This document shows, in pieces, positions 28,413 through 37,171 of a stretch of DNA of 55,189 nucleotides. Origin of the DNA: a virus (lineage: Duplodnaviria > Caudoviricetes). The DNA lies in the IMG/VR virus record IMGVR_UViG_3300025066_002456, positions 1-55,189 of that record. One strand, 5' to 3'. The translations under genes were made by a program, and so were the position numbers. Within the stretch, counting starts at the first letter, position 1. The number at the start of each line of letters is the position of its first letter. A model generated the notes under the pieces. The model was not told the DNA's origin and ran no database searches. It worked only from the letters and a program-made list of their open reading frames with translations.

Positions 28413-29870
28413 TCAATTAACCTTGTTCAGCCGGCTGTTGATAAATTTTTCACCGCTTTCTGTAAGATAGTTGTGTCTTATGCCTTGCAAATTGGTTGCC
28501 TGCTTCAATGTTGATAGCTCAGATTTTGTCATATTTTCAATATTCCATAGATTACCGCCGGCTATAGCTTGGGGGGATTGTGTCGTTGGCAAGGCGAAGA
28601 ATGGTGACAGGTGTGTATGCTGTTGCACGGCCTCGTTCATTTTCATCTGATATTTGTTTGCTGCATGGCATATGTTAGCTAGAGCCTCTATCTGGCTTAT
28701 CATGGTATCTAGCAATTCAATTAAGTTTTCGCCCAAAACCATAGGTTGTAGTTTTTTTGTATCGTTCATAGCAATAATCTCAATTCCACTACGGCCCAGC
28801 ACTTCGCCTCCTTGAGAATTGAACTTATCTGTTCCAGTTACAATACGTATGCTTTCTCGGCCAATAATACGAACATTGTCTGCCTTTGTTACAATAGCTG
28901 ACTTTGCACCATATTTTCCCGTCTCTTTGTCGTTCGTGTCATCTTTTAAATCTGATTCTGCCAACCCAAATTCACCAATTCCAAAACTTTTGTCAACATC
29001 TATTTTTTGTGATATATATACCCGGGCGGAGTCTAGAAAAAAGTTGGGGTTTGTTTTTATTTGGCTCTCGACCACCTCTCCATTCGCAGTGGAGGCTTTT
29101 TCAACCTCTCTAGGGGAGTGACCACCTAGGCCGGCCACTAGATCTATTGAATCGCACTGCGTATGTCCTTTACCACCGTAGCCAGTATGCGGTTTGGAAG
29201 ATCGATCATTCCCGATAACAATGAACGCATTATTGTCTGGGCCGCGGCCGACTACCAACTCACTGGGAGTATTCTCCCTCTTTACTCTGGCTTGTATTCT
29301 TTTTGAACCAAAGACACCATTAACGTTTTTTTCGGCTTTTTGTTCTTCGGTTAACCCTTCGTACTGCTTTCTTTTTTCTTCCGGTAGTCCAGATAGATCA
29401 CGCGCCTTTTTCTCAAACAAAGAATTATTAAAAATAGAAGACGGTGATAAACTGTTTTGCCCGATACCTGGTAAAGAGGTATTGACAGCAGGAGTAAATT
29501 GATCAAAAGTATTATAAGACCCGGGATCGTTAGAATAAACATGACCTGGCTGGGCTGTTTCCTTGTCTAGCTGCAGATTAAGACTAGATTCTTTATTCTC
29601 GCTTTTTTCTATTTCTACATCGTAAGTTTCTTGAATACTAAAAGTACCATCTTCAAAAGGATCTGCGTTGGGTGTTCCATTAATTCTAACACCAGAATCT
29701 TCTTTTTTTGCTTCTTCAAGATACGCCTTGGCCTCTGTAAGGCTGGTGGTATTAATGGCCGACTTAATTTGTCCGGTATTTTCATTGATCAAGACCATAT
29801 TATAATATGTCTTAACGCCGCTACTAGTTGAAATAGTAATATTTTTAGCTACTATATTATTATTTGCCAT
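28413..29870 (-). CDS. Probable baseplate central spike (gp5 C-terminal/gpV-like beta-helix)
   Basis: Short beta-strand repeats (IVIGNDR, IDLVAG, SAIVTKADNVRIIGRESIRIVT), MVLGENL and a C-terminal HTH (HxH) motif followed by PT; position upstream of gp25. Confidence 0.6.
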   Translation of the reverse strand: MANNNIVAKNITISTSSGVKTYYNMVLINENTGQIKSAINTTSLTEAKAYLEEAKKEDSGVRINGTPNADPFEDGTFSIQETYDVEIEKSENKESSLNLQLDKETAQPGHVYSNDPGSYNTFDQFTPAVNTSLPGIGQNSLSPSSIFNNSLFEKKARDLSGLPEEKRKQYEGLTEEQKAEKNVNGVFGSKRIQARVKRENTPSELVVGRGPDNNAFIVIGNDRSSKPHTGYGGKGHTQCDSIDLVAGLGGHSPREVEKASTANGEVVESQIKTNPNFFLDSARVYISQKIDVDKSFGIGEFGLAESDLKDDTNDKETGKYGAKSAIVTKADNVRIIGRESIRIVTGTDKFNSQGGEVLGRSGIEIIAMNDTKKLQPMVLGENLIELLDTMISQIEALANICHAANKYQMKMNEAVQQHTHLSPFFALPTTQSPQAIAGGNLWNIENMTKSELSTLKQATNLQGIRHNYLTESGEKFINSRLNKVN

Positions 29871-29873
29871 TTT

Positions 29874-32800
29874 TTACCCCACCCTCTTCTTCGTTGCAAC
29901 AATCTGAGGCCATGGAACAACTGATTTACCGGACCAAAACTGAAAATGCATATGATCTTCTACAGATGTAGTCGACCAAGATATAGCTTTTATTCTATCA
30001 ACTATATTTGGTATGCCATATATTTCTGATATTCTCTTTTTCTCTGTCTCGTCCCACGTTGAGCCGGCGCGATATCTTTTCTTCAAAAAATAAGCATTTC
30101 CCCAGTACATGCCTGATGACTCACAGAAAGTAATTAGCCATTTTGTAGGATCTGATCCCCTAGGAATGATAGGAGATCCATTAGCTACAGACATCATCTT
30201 TTTGTATCTTTCTTTTTGTTTTGGATTGTCACCGGTATCTGGGCCTTTATAAGCGCTGGGGGCAGATCGCCAATTTTCCACCATCCTTAGGGTGTTTTCA
30301 TCCTGAAAAGCATTTTTCAATAATGTCCTGGGCTTTGTCTTGAACACACCTAGATTATACAACTCTTGGCCATGTTTTGTTAAAAGATCAGCAGTCCAGG
30401 CTCCAGTATACACACTATACATTGGTCTGGTTCTTTTCCCGTAGCCGGCAAGTGTGGGGTCTATATCAATAGCCATACCAAAAGCATGTAACGACATCCC
30501 CCAATTATAAGCTGTTTTGCCTCTGTAATCTTCGTATCCACGTATTCCCCTCACAATTGAAAACGGTGTGTAGTTAGACGCGTTGCATGCAGTTGTCCAG
30601 CCGGCAGCCAATCTATCAGTCAGGCATGACCAAATAGGTGGGCTCTCAGATGTAGTGGTCTGCCCATTTGCGCTTCGAGATTGGTATTTAAATGTGCCAA
30701 GCTTAAAGGAACTAACTTCGTCCAACCTAGTCGGGATCTTGGAAGATTTACCTGTAATCTTAAAACGACTCTTCTTTGGAGCGTAGGAAATCATAGCATA
30801 TATTTCATCAAAATTATTGGGAGTGATAATTTGTTTCCCTCTGCACGTTGGATCTTTTTCCTCTTCATTTTTTGGTGGGGCGTTGGTGCTGGTTATCTCT
30901 CCAAGCTTTATGGGCGGCGGTGCGCACTCGGGGTCTAGACGAACTACTTGCGCAGAAAGCTTGTCAATAGTATTATCAACTTTAAGCATGATCTTTTCAT
31001 ATGCATCAGGCTGGGCCATGGTAGCAGCCCAGGTACCAAGTTCGTTGATTACAAACTGCTCAGTAAAAGCTCCATTATCAAAATTCTCATATAATTTATC
31101 CCACTCTTCTGATAATATGTTGGCCCCGAGCTGGGCAACTGGTAATTGAGCTGTTAGCCACTCTTTAAAGTCTACCAGGCGAGGCTTATAAAGACTGTGA
31201 GATAGTAATTGTCCTTCAAAATCAGATATTATCTGTAGTTCTGCTAGATCTTTTTTGGCTGTTATATAACTGACATAATCAGCAAAAAACTGACTTGAGC
31301 TGTTTGTTGCAACACCACCCTCTAAAGAGCAATAAACTTCTACTTTCGAAGATCCCTCTATTGGTTCTCCCGTACAATATTCCGTAAATCCATTGCTTAG
31401 CAAATCTAGTAAAACACCTTCAAAAAAGTCTATTCTTTCTGTCAAATCGCTTATTTTCTTTTGTATTTTTGCAGCGTCGGCTGCAGCTTGTGTTTTGCTA
31501 CAAGTTTCTGCGTGATCCGGAACAGATCTATGTGAAGGTGATATGGAACCATCACTATCATTTTTTAGTAATGCTAAATTACTACCATAATCATTTATCA
31601 TTGAAAATGCATATCCAACTTTTCCTTTTATATTAGGTGCGTCCCTTTTTGCAGTGTGTAAACTAATAAAAGTGTTTCCAACTGCGGCTGCGTCTGGAAA
31701 ACTACTAAAAGAAAATTTACGCTCCCCCAGGCCACTAGGCGGCTTATTGTGTTTATCAAACATTTCATGCTGACCCAGTATAGTAAACAAATCATTGGGG
31801 TTTGGAAAATATTCTGTAATATAATTAAGTTCCACGCTATCATTTGCTAGAAGGAAATCTCTATATATGTAATAAGAAGGTGGATAGTTTTCGAAATAAG
31901 AATAAGCCCCCACAAGATCCAGCCCAGTATCTATAAAATCTATTCTTTTAATAGGGGTTGTCCTAAACATTCTCCATGCGTCATCTTTTGCCCCAACTGA
32001 CATCGGATCTTTTGATATAGCGGCTAAAGCAATCCCGCCAAGGCCATCAGCTATGACTGATACATACCCAATTTTTTCCTCGATTCCGGGAAAATGTCTT
32101 TTTAACACACTTATAACTTCATAATGAAAATTATTAAAGTGACCTCCAGTGTAGGAGCCATCAAAAGTAGAGAATTCTCTATTAGAAAAATGAGAAACTT
32201 GCATTACATCTTTATCGCCACTGATGGGAAGACTTCTTAGATAATTTCTCGAAGCGGCGGAAGACGGTAGATCCATCGACGTTCGAACTGTTGTCGCTCC
32301 ATCTCCTGTGTGGCCCGGGCCGACGTCGTACCCGTCAGCTATATCGTTTATTCTAGATGCTGTGGTTGAACCGAAGCCGCGCGAATAGGACATCTCGGGT
32401 ATCACCAAAATAAAATTCCTTCCCTCCCTTATTAAATCTTTTATGCCCGGGCCTATTTTTTCTCTAAAATCGTTCTCTAGTATTGCTTCTGCCGTCGTTA
32501 TTGAATCTTCTATAGTTGTGTTAGGTCCGTTTATCCAAGCATTGCCAAAACCTCCCTTATCATGAAGATAATATTTGATCTCGATGGGAGAAGAAAGATC
32601 TAATGTTCCAGGTGCATATATAATGGTTTCTCGACCTAGACTAATAGGTCGATCGACTAAATCTAAGTATCCATTTCCTCTTAAATGGCCAACCCATGTA
32701 AAGGCTCCGTTTTCGCCCCATGGAGCTGCGCCTGGTATATTATATTTAGGCGAGATAGAGGAGAGAAATAAGCTGTATCCAAAATGTTGCTTTGTTTGTG

Positions 32801-33557
32801 CAGTACCGTTGCCATATATCCCTGTTTTAATGCGTCCTTTAAATTTTCGTATTGGTGGGCCGGGAAACAAAACAGGGTTTGGTTCTGTATGGCCTATGTA
32901 AAGGCCGCCGGCGGGATCAGCCATATCTCTCAGCGATCGGCAAGGCGGCTTAAAATCGCTCTTTGCCGAAACAAGCGACTCTAATTGGCTAAAAGAGCCA
33001 ACTTCATGTAAGCCTAAAATTTTTCCCACAGGATTGCCATCATATCCAGTCGTATTATTAAGATTGTCATACGAAACCCAGATTAAGGATCCTGGAATTA
33101 CTTGCTCCAGCATTTTATCATTATTCATTTGGTGGAATTCACCATGAGCGGCCATCCTAGCTTCATCTTCCTCGTCATCAGGAAAATCGATATCAGCATC
33201 TATTTCTGGTATTCTTGCTATTACTTTAACTGGCTGTGGTCTATAAGCTTTGTCTTTCTCTTCAGTTTGTGGACTCTTAAAATTATTTAAACTAATAGCC
33301 TTTGTCAAGTTACCATTGTTGGTCGATGCTACGTTGTTCACTTGCGGACCGGAAAGCACTTTCAACACTATAGCCAGATAGGGACCATTCTTAGTTATGG
33401 TCTCATGAGAATACCGGCTGTGTAACATTTCAGAATAAGTAACAAATATATCTTGATCAGTATCGTAATAATCACCAAAGATGTCTTCGTCTAAAGAGTT
33501 TAATTCACCAATATCATAATTTCGGTATGTGGCCCATGGTGGCTTGGGTTTCGCCAT
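29874..33557 (-). CDS. Baseplate hub-like protein with C-terminal M15-family peptidoglycan peptidase (1227 aa)
   Basis: M15 zinc motifs SLHAFGMAIDID and EDHMHFQF; N-terminal OB-fold-like YLAIVLKV...VKVIARIPE...PGSLIWVSY; central alpha/beta-hydrolase-like region. Confidence 0.7.
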   Translation of the reverse strand: MAKPKPPWATYRNYDIGELNSLDEDIFGDYYDTDQDIFVTYSEMLHSRYSHETITKNGPYLAIVLKVLSGPQVNNVASTNNGNLTKAISLNNFKSPQTEEKDKAYRPQPVKVIARIPEIDADIDFPDDEEDEARMAAHGEFHQMNNDKMLEQVIPGSLIWVSYDNLNNTTGYDGNPVGKILGLHEVGSFSQLESLVSAKSDFKPPCRSLRDMADPAGGLYIGHTEPNPVLFPGPPIRKFKGRIKTGIYGNGTAQTKQHFGYSLFLSSISPKYNIPGAAPWGENGAFTWVGHLRGNGYLDLVDRPISLGRETIIYAPGTLDLSSPIEIKYYLHDKGGFGNAWINGPNTTIEDSITTAEAILENDFREKIGPGIKDLIREGRNFILVIPEMSYSRGFGSTTASRINDIADGYDVGPGHTGDGATTVRTSMDLPSSAASRNYLRSLPISGDKDVMQVSHFSNREFSTFDGSYTGGHFNNFHYEVISVLKRHFPGIEEKIGYVSVIADGLGGIALAAISKDPMSVGAKDDAWRMFRTTPIKRIDFIDTGLDLVGAYSYFENYPPSYYIYRDFLLANDSVELNYITEYFPNPNDLFTILGQHEMFDKHNKPPSGLGERKFSFSSFPDAAAVGNTFISLHTAKRDAPNIKGKVGYAFSMINDYGSNLALLKNDSDGSISPSHRSVPDHAETCSKTQAAADAAKIQKKISDLTERIDFFEGVLLDLLSNGFTEYCTGEPIEGSSKVEVYCSLEGGVATNSSSQFFADYVSYITAKKDLAELQIISDFEGQLLSHSLYKPRLVDFKEWLTAQLPVAQLGANILSEEWDKLYENFDNGAFTEQFVINELGTWAATMAQPDAYEKIMLKVDNTIDKLSAQVVRLDPECAPPPIKLGEITSTNAPPKNEEEKDPTCRGKQIITPNNFDEIYAMISYAPKKSRFKITGKSSKIPTRLDEVSSFKLGTFKYQSRSANGQTTTSESPPIWSCLTDRLAAGWTTACNASNYTPFSIVRGIRGYEDYRGKTAYNWGMSLHAFGMAIDIDPTLAGYGKRTRPMYSVYTGAWTADLLTKHGQELYNLGVFKTKPRTLLKNAFQDENTLRMVENWRSAPSAYKGPDTGDNPKQKERYKKMMSVANGSPIIPRGSDPTKWLITFCESSGMYWGNAYFLKKRYRAGSTWDETEKKRISEIYGIPNIVDRIKAISWSTTSVEDHMHFQFWSGKSVVPWPQIVATKKRVG

Positions 33558-33569
33558 TTATCTGTATCC

Positions 33570-33869
33570 TCATTTTTTTTCTTGTAATAAGTCATAAATA
33601 TCAGATTTATCATCTGGCGACAGGCCTTCAACAATCGTTTCTTTTTTAGAAATAAGTGAGGCCAGCTTCACCAACTGTTCATTTGATCTTTGTAGTGTTT
33701 CTAAATATTTGGCAGCTACAGGGCCAGAATATTGGTGTTTGGTTTCATCTTGTTTCAGAATTTTCATTAATTCTATTAGAAGAGTCGAGGCGAGGGCCCG
33801 ATCTTTTCTAATATTGTCAAATGCTTCTTCAACGAAAGCATGTGAATTTATATGTTTCCCCTTTCCCAT
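33570..33869 (-). CDS. Hypothetical helical protein (99 aa)
   Basis: ORF overlapping the end of the sigma gene, same strand as neighbours. Confidence 0.7.
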   Translation of the reverse strand: MGKGKHINSHAFVEEAFDNIRKDRALASTLLIELMKILKQDETKHQYSGPVAAKYLETLQRSNEQLVKLASLISKKETIVEGLSPDDKSDIYDLLQEKK

Positions 33870-34540
33870 TCGTTTTTAAACATCCTATATCTTTTTCGTA
33901 TCCTGTTGAGATTGTTTACAATCTGCTTAGTATTCAAGCCCGTGATTTCTCGCATATACAGGTAAATAGCTTTTTTATTAAAAATTTCAATTTCGTCAAT
34001 ACTATTAAAGAGGATGTTAATGGCATCTAGGACTTTTTTTTCATTATCCTTTAACTTAAGTTTTTCCCAGCTTTTCATTTCTTGAAACAAATGCTGCCAA
34101 AACTCGGCTTCCTCCCTCTCGGATTCATAATAGTTTTTAGTTATTAACTTATCAGATTCTAAATTTATAGGCAGATCTTCGTATTGAACATCCCTCTTTA
34201 ATCTTTTAGAATTTTGTTTTACTTTATGAATAAACCAATTTTTAGTTATGACACTGAAATAAGAAAACGCTTTTGATTTTTTACTTGGATCGTATTTGTC
34301 TAAAATTGTTATAAGCCATAGCTTGCAATCATCTTTTAAATAATCGATATTTGGCAAATTATTAAATTTGTACGTATACACAATTTTATCTACCATTTCG
34401 TCAAATGCAGGACCAATATATTGTATATATAATTCTGATCTTATACTTTTTTCGTCAGTTAAGGCATAATCTATAATTGCATTTTCATGCACTTTTGTAA
34501 AATAATTATTCTTCTTTCGGGTTTTCTTCTTCGTAGTCAT
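33848..34540 (-). CDS. Phage RNA polymerase sigma factor (gp55-like/late sigma)
   Basis: Region-2-like LDKYDPSKKSKAFSYFSVITKNWF; C-terminal HTH-like YMREITGLNTKQIVNNLNRIR; N-terminal NNYFT. Confidence 0.75.
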   Translation of the reverse strand: MTTKKKTRKKNNYFTKVHENAIIDYALTDEKSIRSELYIQYIGPAFDEMVDKIVYTYKFNNLPNIDYLKDDCKLWLITILDKYDPSKKSKAFSYFSVITKNWFIHKVKQNSKRLKRDVQYEDLPINLESDKLITKNYYESEREEAEFWQHLFQEMKSWEKLKLKDNEKKVLDAINILFNSIDEIEIFNKKAIYLYMREITGLNTKQIVNNLNRIRKRYRMFKNEWERGNI

Positions 34541-34913
34541 CTTCTTCTTCTTCTTGGATATCGACCTCTATATTAAAATATTTTTCTTGTATATCAATAT
34601 ATTGGTTGAGTAGTTCTCTAGAGTGATCAATGAGATATTGTAAATTTTCATCGCCGTAATACATCTCTAATTCATGAATCTGCTCCAAGTGTTCAGAAAA
34701 CTTTTCTGTACTCTCGAACATAATATTCATGTCATCTTCAATTTTACTACTTTCTATCAAAAACTGGTAAACATACCAAAGAAAGAAGATGTTTATTAAT
34801 GCACTAACATATAAAAGGAAAGGAACAACTCCAGCTATGTACATCAATAATATTGCATTCAATATTATTGATACAAAAAAAATAATTTTACTCATTTGAG
34901 CTATAAAGTTCAT
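34506..34913 (-). CDS. Hypothetical membrane protein (135 aa)
   Basis: Two N-terminal hydrophobic segments followed by an acidic coiled-coil. Confidence 0.7.
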   Translation of the reverse strand: MNFIAQMSKIIFFVSIILNAILLMYIAGVVPFLLYVSALINIFFLWYVYQFLIESSKIEDDMNIMFESTEKFSEHLEQIHELEMYYGDENLQYLIDHSRELLNQYIDIQEKYFNIEVDIQEEEEDDYEEENPKEE

Positions 34914-35148
34914 TACTTAATTTCTCTTTCTGATTATCTAAATCAGACTTAAATTCTTCAATCGAGCGTTTAACAATATCACCAACTTTTTTATCTGCTT
35001 CTCTTATATCTAAAACAAATTGAGTTGGTAATTTTTGTAAAGAATTTTGTTTGCCACAATCTTCACATTTTTCTCTTTTATCGCTCATAGAGTGATAAAT
35101 AGCAACAATACTTTTACAGTCAGTGCACTTGTAAATGTATTTAGGCAC
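34888..35148 (-). CDS. FmdB-family zinc-ribbon regulatory protein
   Basis: PKYIYKCTDC...CEDCG matches the MP.Y.Y.C..C pattern; GTG at 35148 preferred over the track start at 35163. Confidence 0.8.
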   Translation of the reverse strand: MPKYIYKCTDCKSIVAIYHSMSDKREKCEDCGKQNSLQKLPTQFVLDIREADKKVGDIVKRSIEEFKSDLDNQKEKLSNELYSSNE

Positions 35149-35149
35149 C

Positions 35150-35356
35150 TTATTCTGACCCACTATCTATGGGGTATTCATCGTCGCTGTCGTGTTCTAA
35201 TTTCACTAGCGGAGGATTCATAATATACAATTGTTGTTCTTCGCCTATTTTAAAATCAAAATCTTTTAAAACAGGCACTATATCGCTCTGCTCCAACAAA
35301 GATTTTTGTAGGGCCATCATGACCGCGCCTAAAGCCTCATCTGATAGTTTTAACAT
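35150..35356 (-). CDS. Small hypothetical protein
   Basis: The ATG at 35356 has an AAGGAG SD (track start 35383); MLKLSDEALGAVMMALQKSLLEQSDIVP. Confidence 0.7.
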   Translation of the reverse strand: MLKLSDEALGAVMMALQKSLLEQSDIVPVLKDFDFKIGEEQQLYIMNPPLVKLEHDSDDEYPIDSGSE

Positions 35357-35357
35357 T

Positions 35358-36257
35358 TTATTCTCCTTTGTTATACCATTCATAAGTTTTTCTCAAGCCC
35401 TCCTGAAAGGGCGTAAAATTATATTTTCCGATTAGCTGCATTAATATGTCGTTCCTGCCATCTTTGCGTAGTGGCCCTTCAAGTTTTCCATTAAAGTTAT
35501 ATTTTACATCTTTTTTAGAAATTTTTAAACAAATATCAATCATTTCTTTAATAGAGGGGTTTTCATAAGGCGCCACTATAATGGGATCGTTCGTGTGGTG
35601 TTTTTCTAGTAATAGTGGAATAATTTGTGCCAAATCTTCGACATAAAGCTGTTGCCGTCGAGGCTTTCCTGTGCCCCAAAACTCTAGCGTATCGCCATGG
35701 TTTGATTCAGAAAATTTTCTTATCATAGCTGGAACAAAATGAGAAGATGTAGAATCAAAATTATCATCCGGGCCGTATACATTTGAAGGTGAGAATGTAC
35801 TATAATCCACTCCATACTGCTGTCTATATGCAGATGACATTACATGTAGACATCTTTTTGCATAACCATATGAAAAATTGCTTTCTGGTGGAGGGCCTTT
35901 AAATAAATCACCCTCGTTAAAAGGAAAAGATTTTATATTTTCCGGGAAGACACACGTGCTCAAAATTGATAATACACGAGGGACACTCTCTTTATACGCT
36001 TCATGTATTACATTTGTATTGATTTTAATATTCTTATGTATATATTCAGCTTGTTTATCGGTATTATCCTTAATTCCACCTACTTTGCCAGCTAAATGTA
36101 TAATGGCATCTAGATGCCTATGATCACGAATCATGCCACGAGTTTGATAATCGCTGGTTAAATCGTAGTCTTTTGATGAAATGTAAATCCATTCTGGCTT
36201 TTCTTTTTTAAGAGCGGAACCTATAAAACCACTACCGCCTGTAACTAATATTCTCAT
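35358..36257 (-). CDS. fcl: GDP-L-fucose synthase-like NDP-sugar epimerase/reductase
   Basis: TGGSGFIG, HLAGKVGG, LSTCVFP (Cys), YGYAKR, SHFVPAMIRKF (His), WGTGKPRR. Confidence 0.85.
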   Translation of the reverse strand: MRILVTGGSGFIGSALKKEKPEWIYISSKDYDLTSDYQTRGMIRDHRHLDAIIHLAGKVGGIKDNTDKQAEYIHKNIKINTNVIHEAYKESVPRVLSILSTCVFPENIKSFPFNEGDLFKGPPPESNFSYGYAKRCLHVMSSAYRQQYGVDYSTFSPSNVYGPDDNFDSTSSHFVPAMIRKFSESNHGDTLEFWGTGKPRRQQLYVEDLAQIIPLLLEKHHTNDPIIVAPYENPSIKEMIDICLKISKKDVKYNFNGKLEGPLRKDGRNDILMQLIGKYNFTPFQEGLRKTYEWYNKGE

Positions 36258-37132
36258 TAAAGTGTAAACTCCTTCTCAAAAAAATCACCGCAAGCACAAT
36301 GTTCGGTGAAATACTTTTTTGCATCTTCGCTAAACCATTTAAAAATATAATTATTCATTAATTTAACAAAATTTTCTTCGCTTAAGTTGCCAAAACCATC
36401 ACAATAATGCCATACTTTTATCTGTTTATGATCTTTAGTATAAAGTTTTTTATCTTGAACATAGAATTTATTTAAATGAGGTCCCCAAGGTTTTTCATAA
36501 GTAGAAAATTTTGCTGGTTTACCAGGTCCATCCAACGGCTGGGCGTGATAACCTTTCGGAAGACACATGTTTCCTTTTGAGCGAACATTGTAAACAACTT
36601 TACTTTTTAAATAAGGTCCATCAACTATTTTACAAGAATATTTATAATCATTTGACCATACAACATAGTTCAACGCACCCTGTTCCGCATATGCAGGGAA
36701 AAGTGGTGATTTTTTTATAATGTCACGAATAGCTTTTAAGTTATTAAAACAAATTACATCTGCATTTAAATGTGTTTCTTCGGTTGGAGTGAGCAACATA
36801 TGATTGTCAACCAAGTAATAGGGATAATCTAGCGAAGCTAAAATATCATGTTCATTATCATCTAAAAATTCATTTAATCTTGCACATGTTATAGTATCGG
36901 CGCCTAAAATAATTATTTTGTCTAATTTATGTTTTATCATTATTTCATAAGCTAGCATATATTTAGAAGCGCCGGTGTCCGGCACCGCGGTTAGCCCGTG
37001 AGCTTCTCTATTATTCTTATTAACATGAAACAATGTTATATCAGGATGGAATTTTTTGAAACTTTCCATCGCACATGATCCAAGTTTTTCGTATTTTCTT
37101 CCATAAAAATATATTAAACAACCAATTTTCAT
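36257..37132 (-). CDS. GT-A fold glycosyltransferase, GT8-like
   Basis: IILGADTI (variant DxD), LNADVICF, EQGALN, HYC; located within the glycan cluster. Confidence 0.6.
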   Translation of the reverse strand: MKIGCLIYFYGRKYEKLGSCAMESFKKFHPDITLFHVNKNNREAHGLTAVPDTGASKYMLAYEIMIKHKLDKIIILGADTITCARLNEFLDDNEHDILASLDYPYYLVDNHMLLTPTEETHLNADVICFNNLKAIRDIIKKSPLFPAYAEQGALNYVVWSNDYKYSCKIVDGPYLKSKVVYNVRSKGNMCLPKGYHAQPLDGPGKPAKFSTYEKPWGPHLNKFYVQDKKLYTKDHKQIKVWHYCDGFGNLSEENFVKLMNNYIFKWFSEDAKKYFTEHCACGDFFEKEFTL

Positions 37133-37171
37133 TCAGCCCTCTTTAATTGTAAAATGAACTTTAAATTTATA

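Noticed and set aside
16303-33557. Bacterial eCIS/T6SS locus rather than a phage
   Set aside because: The T4-type gp6, phage-type sigma, tRNA, homing endonuclease, PhoH and the many orphan genes in one dense strand fit a jumbo phage. No T6SS membrane complex or eCIS ATPase is seen.
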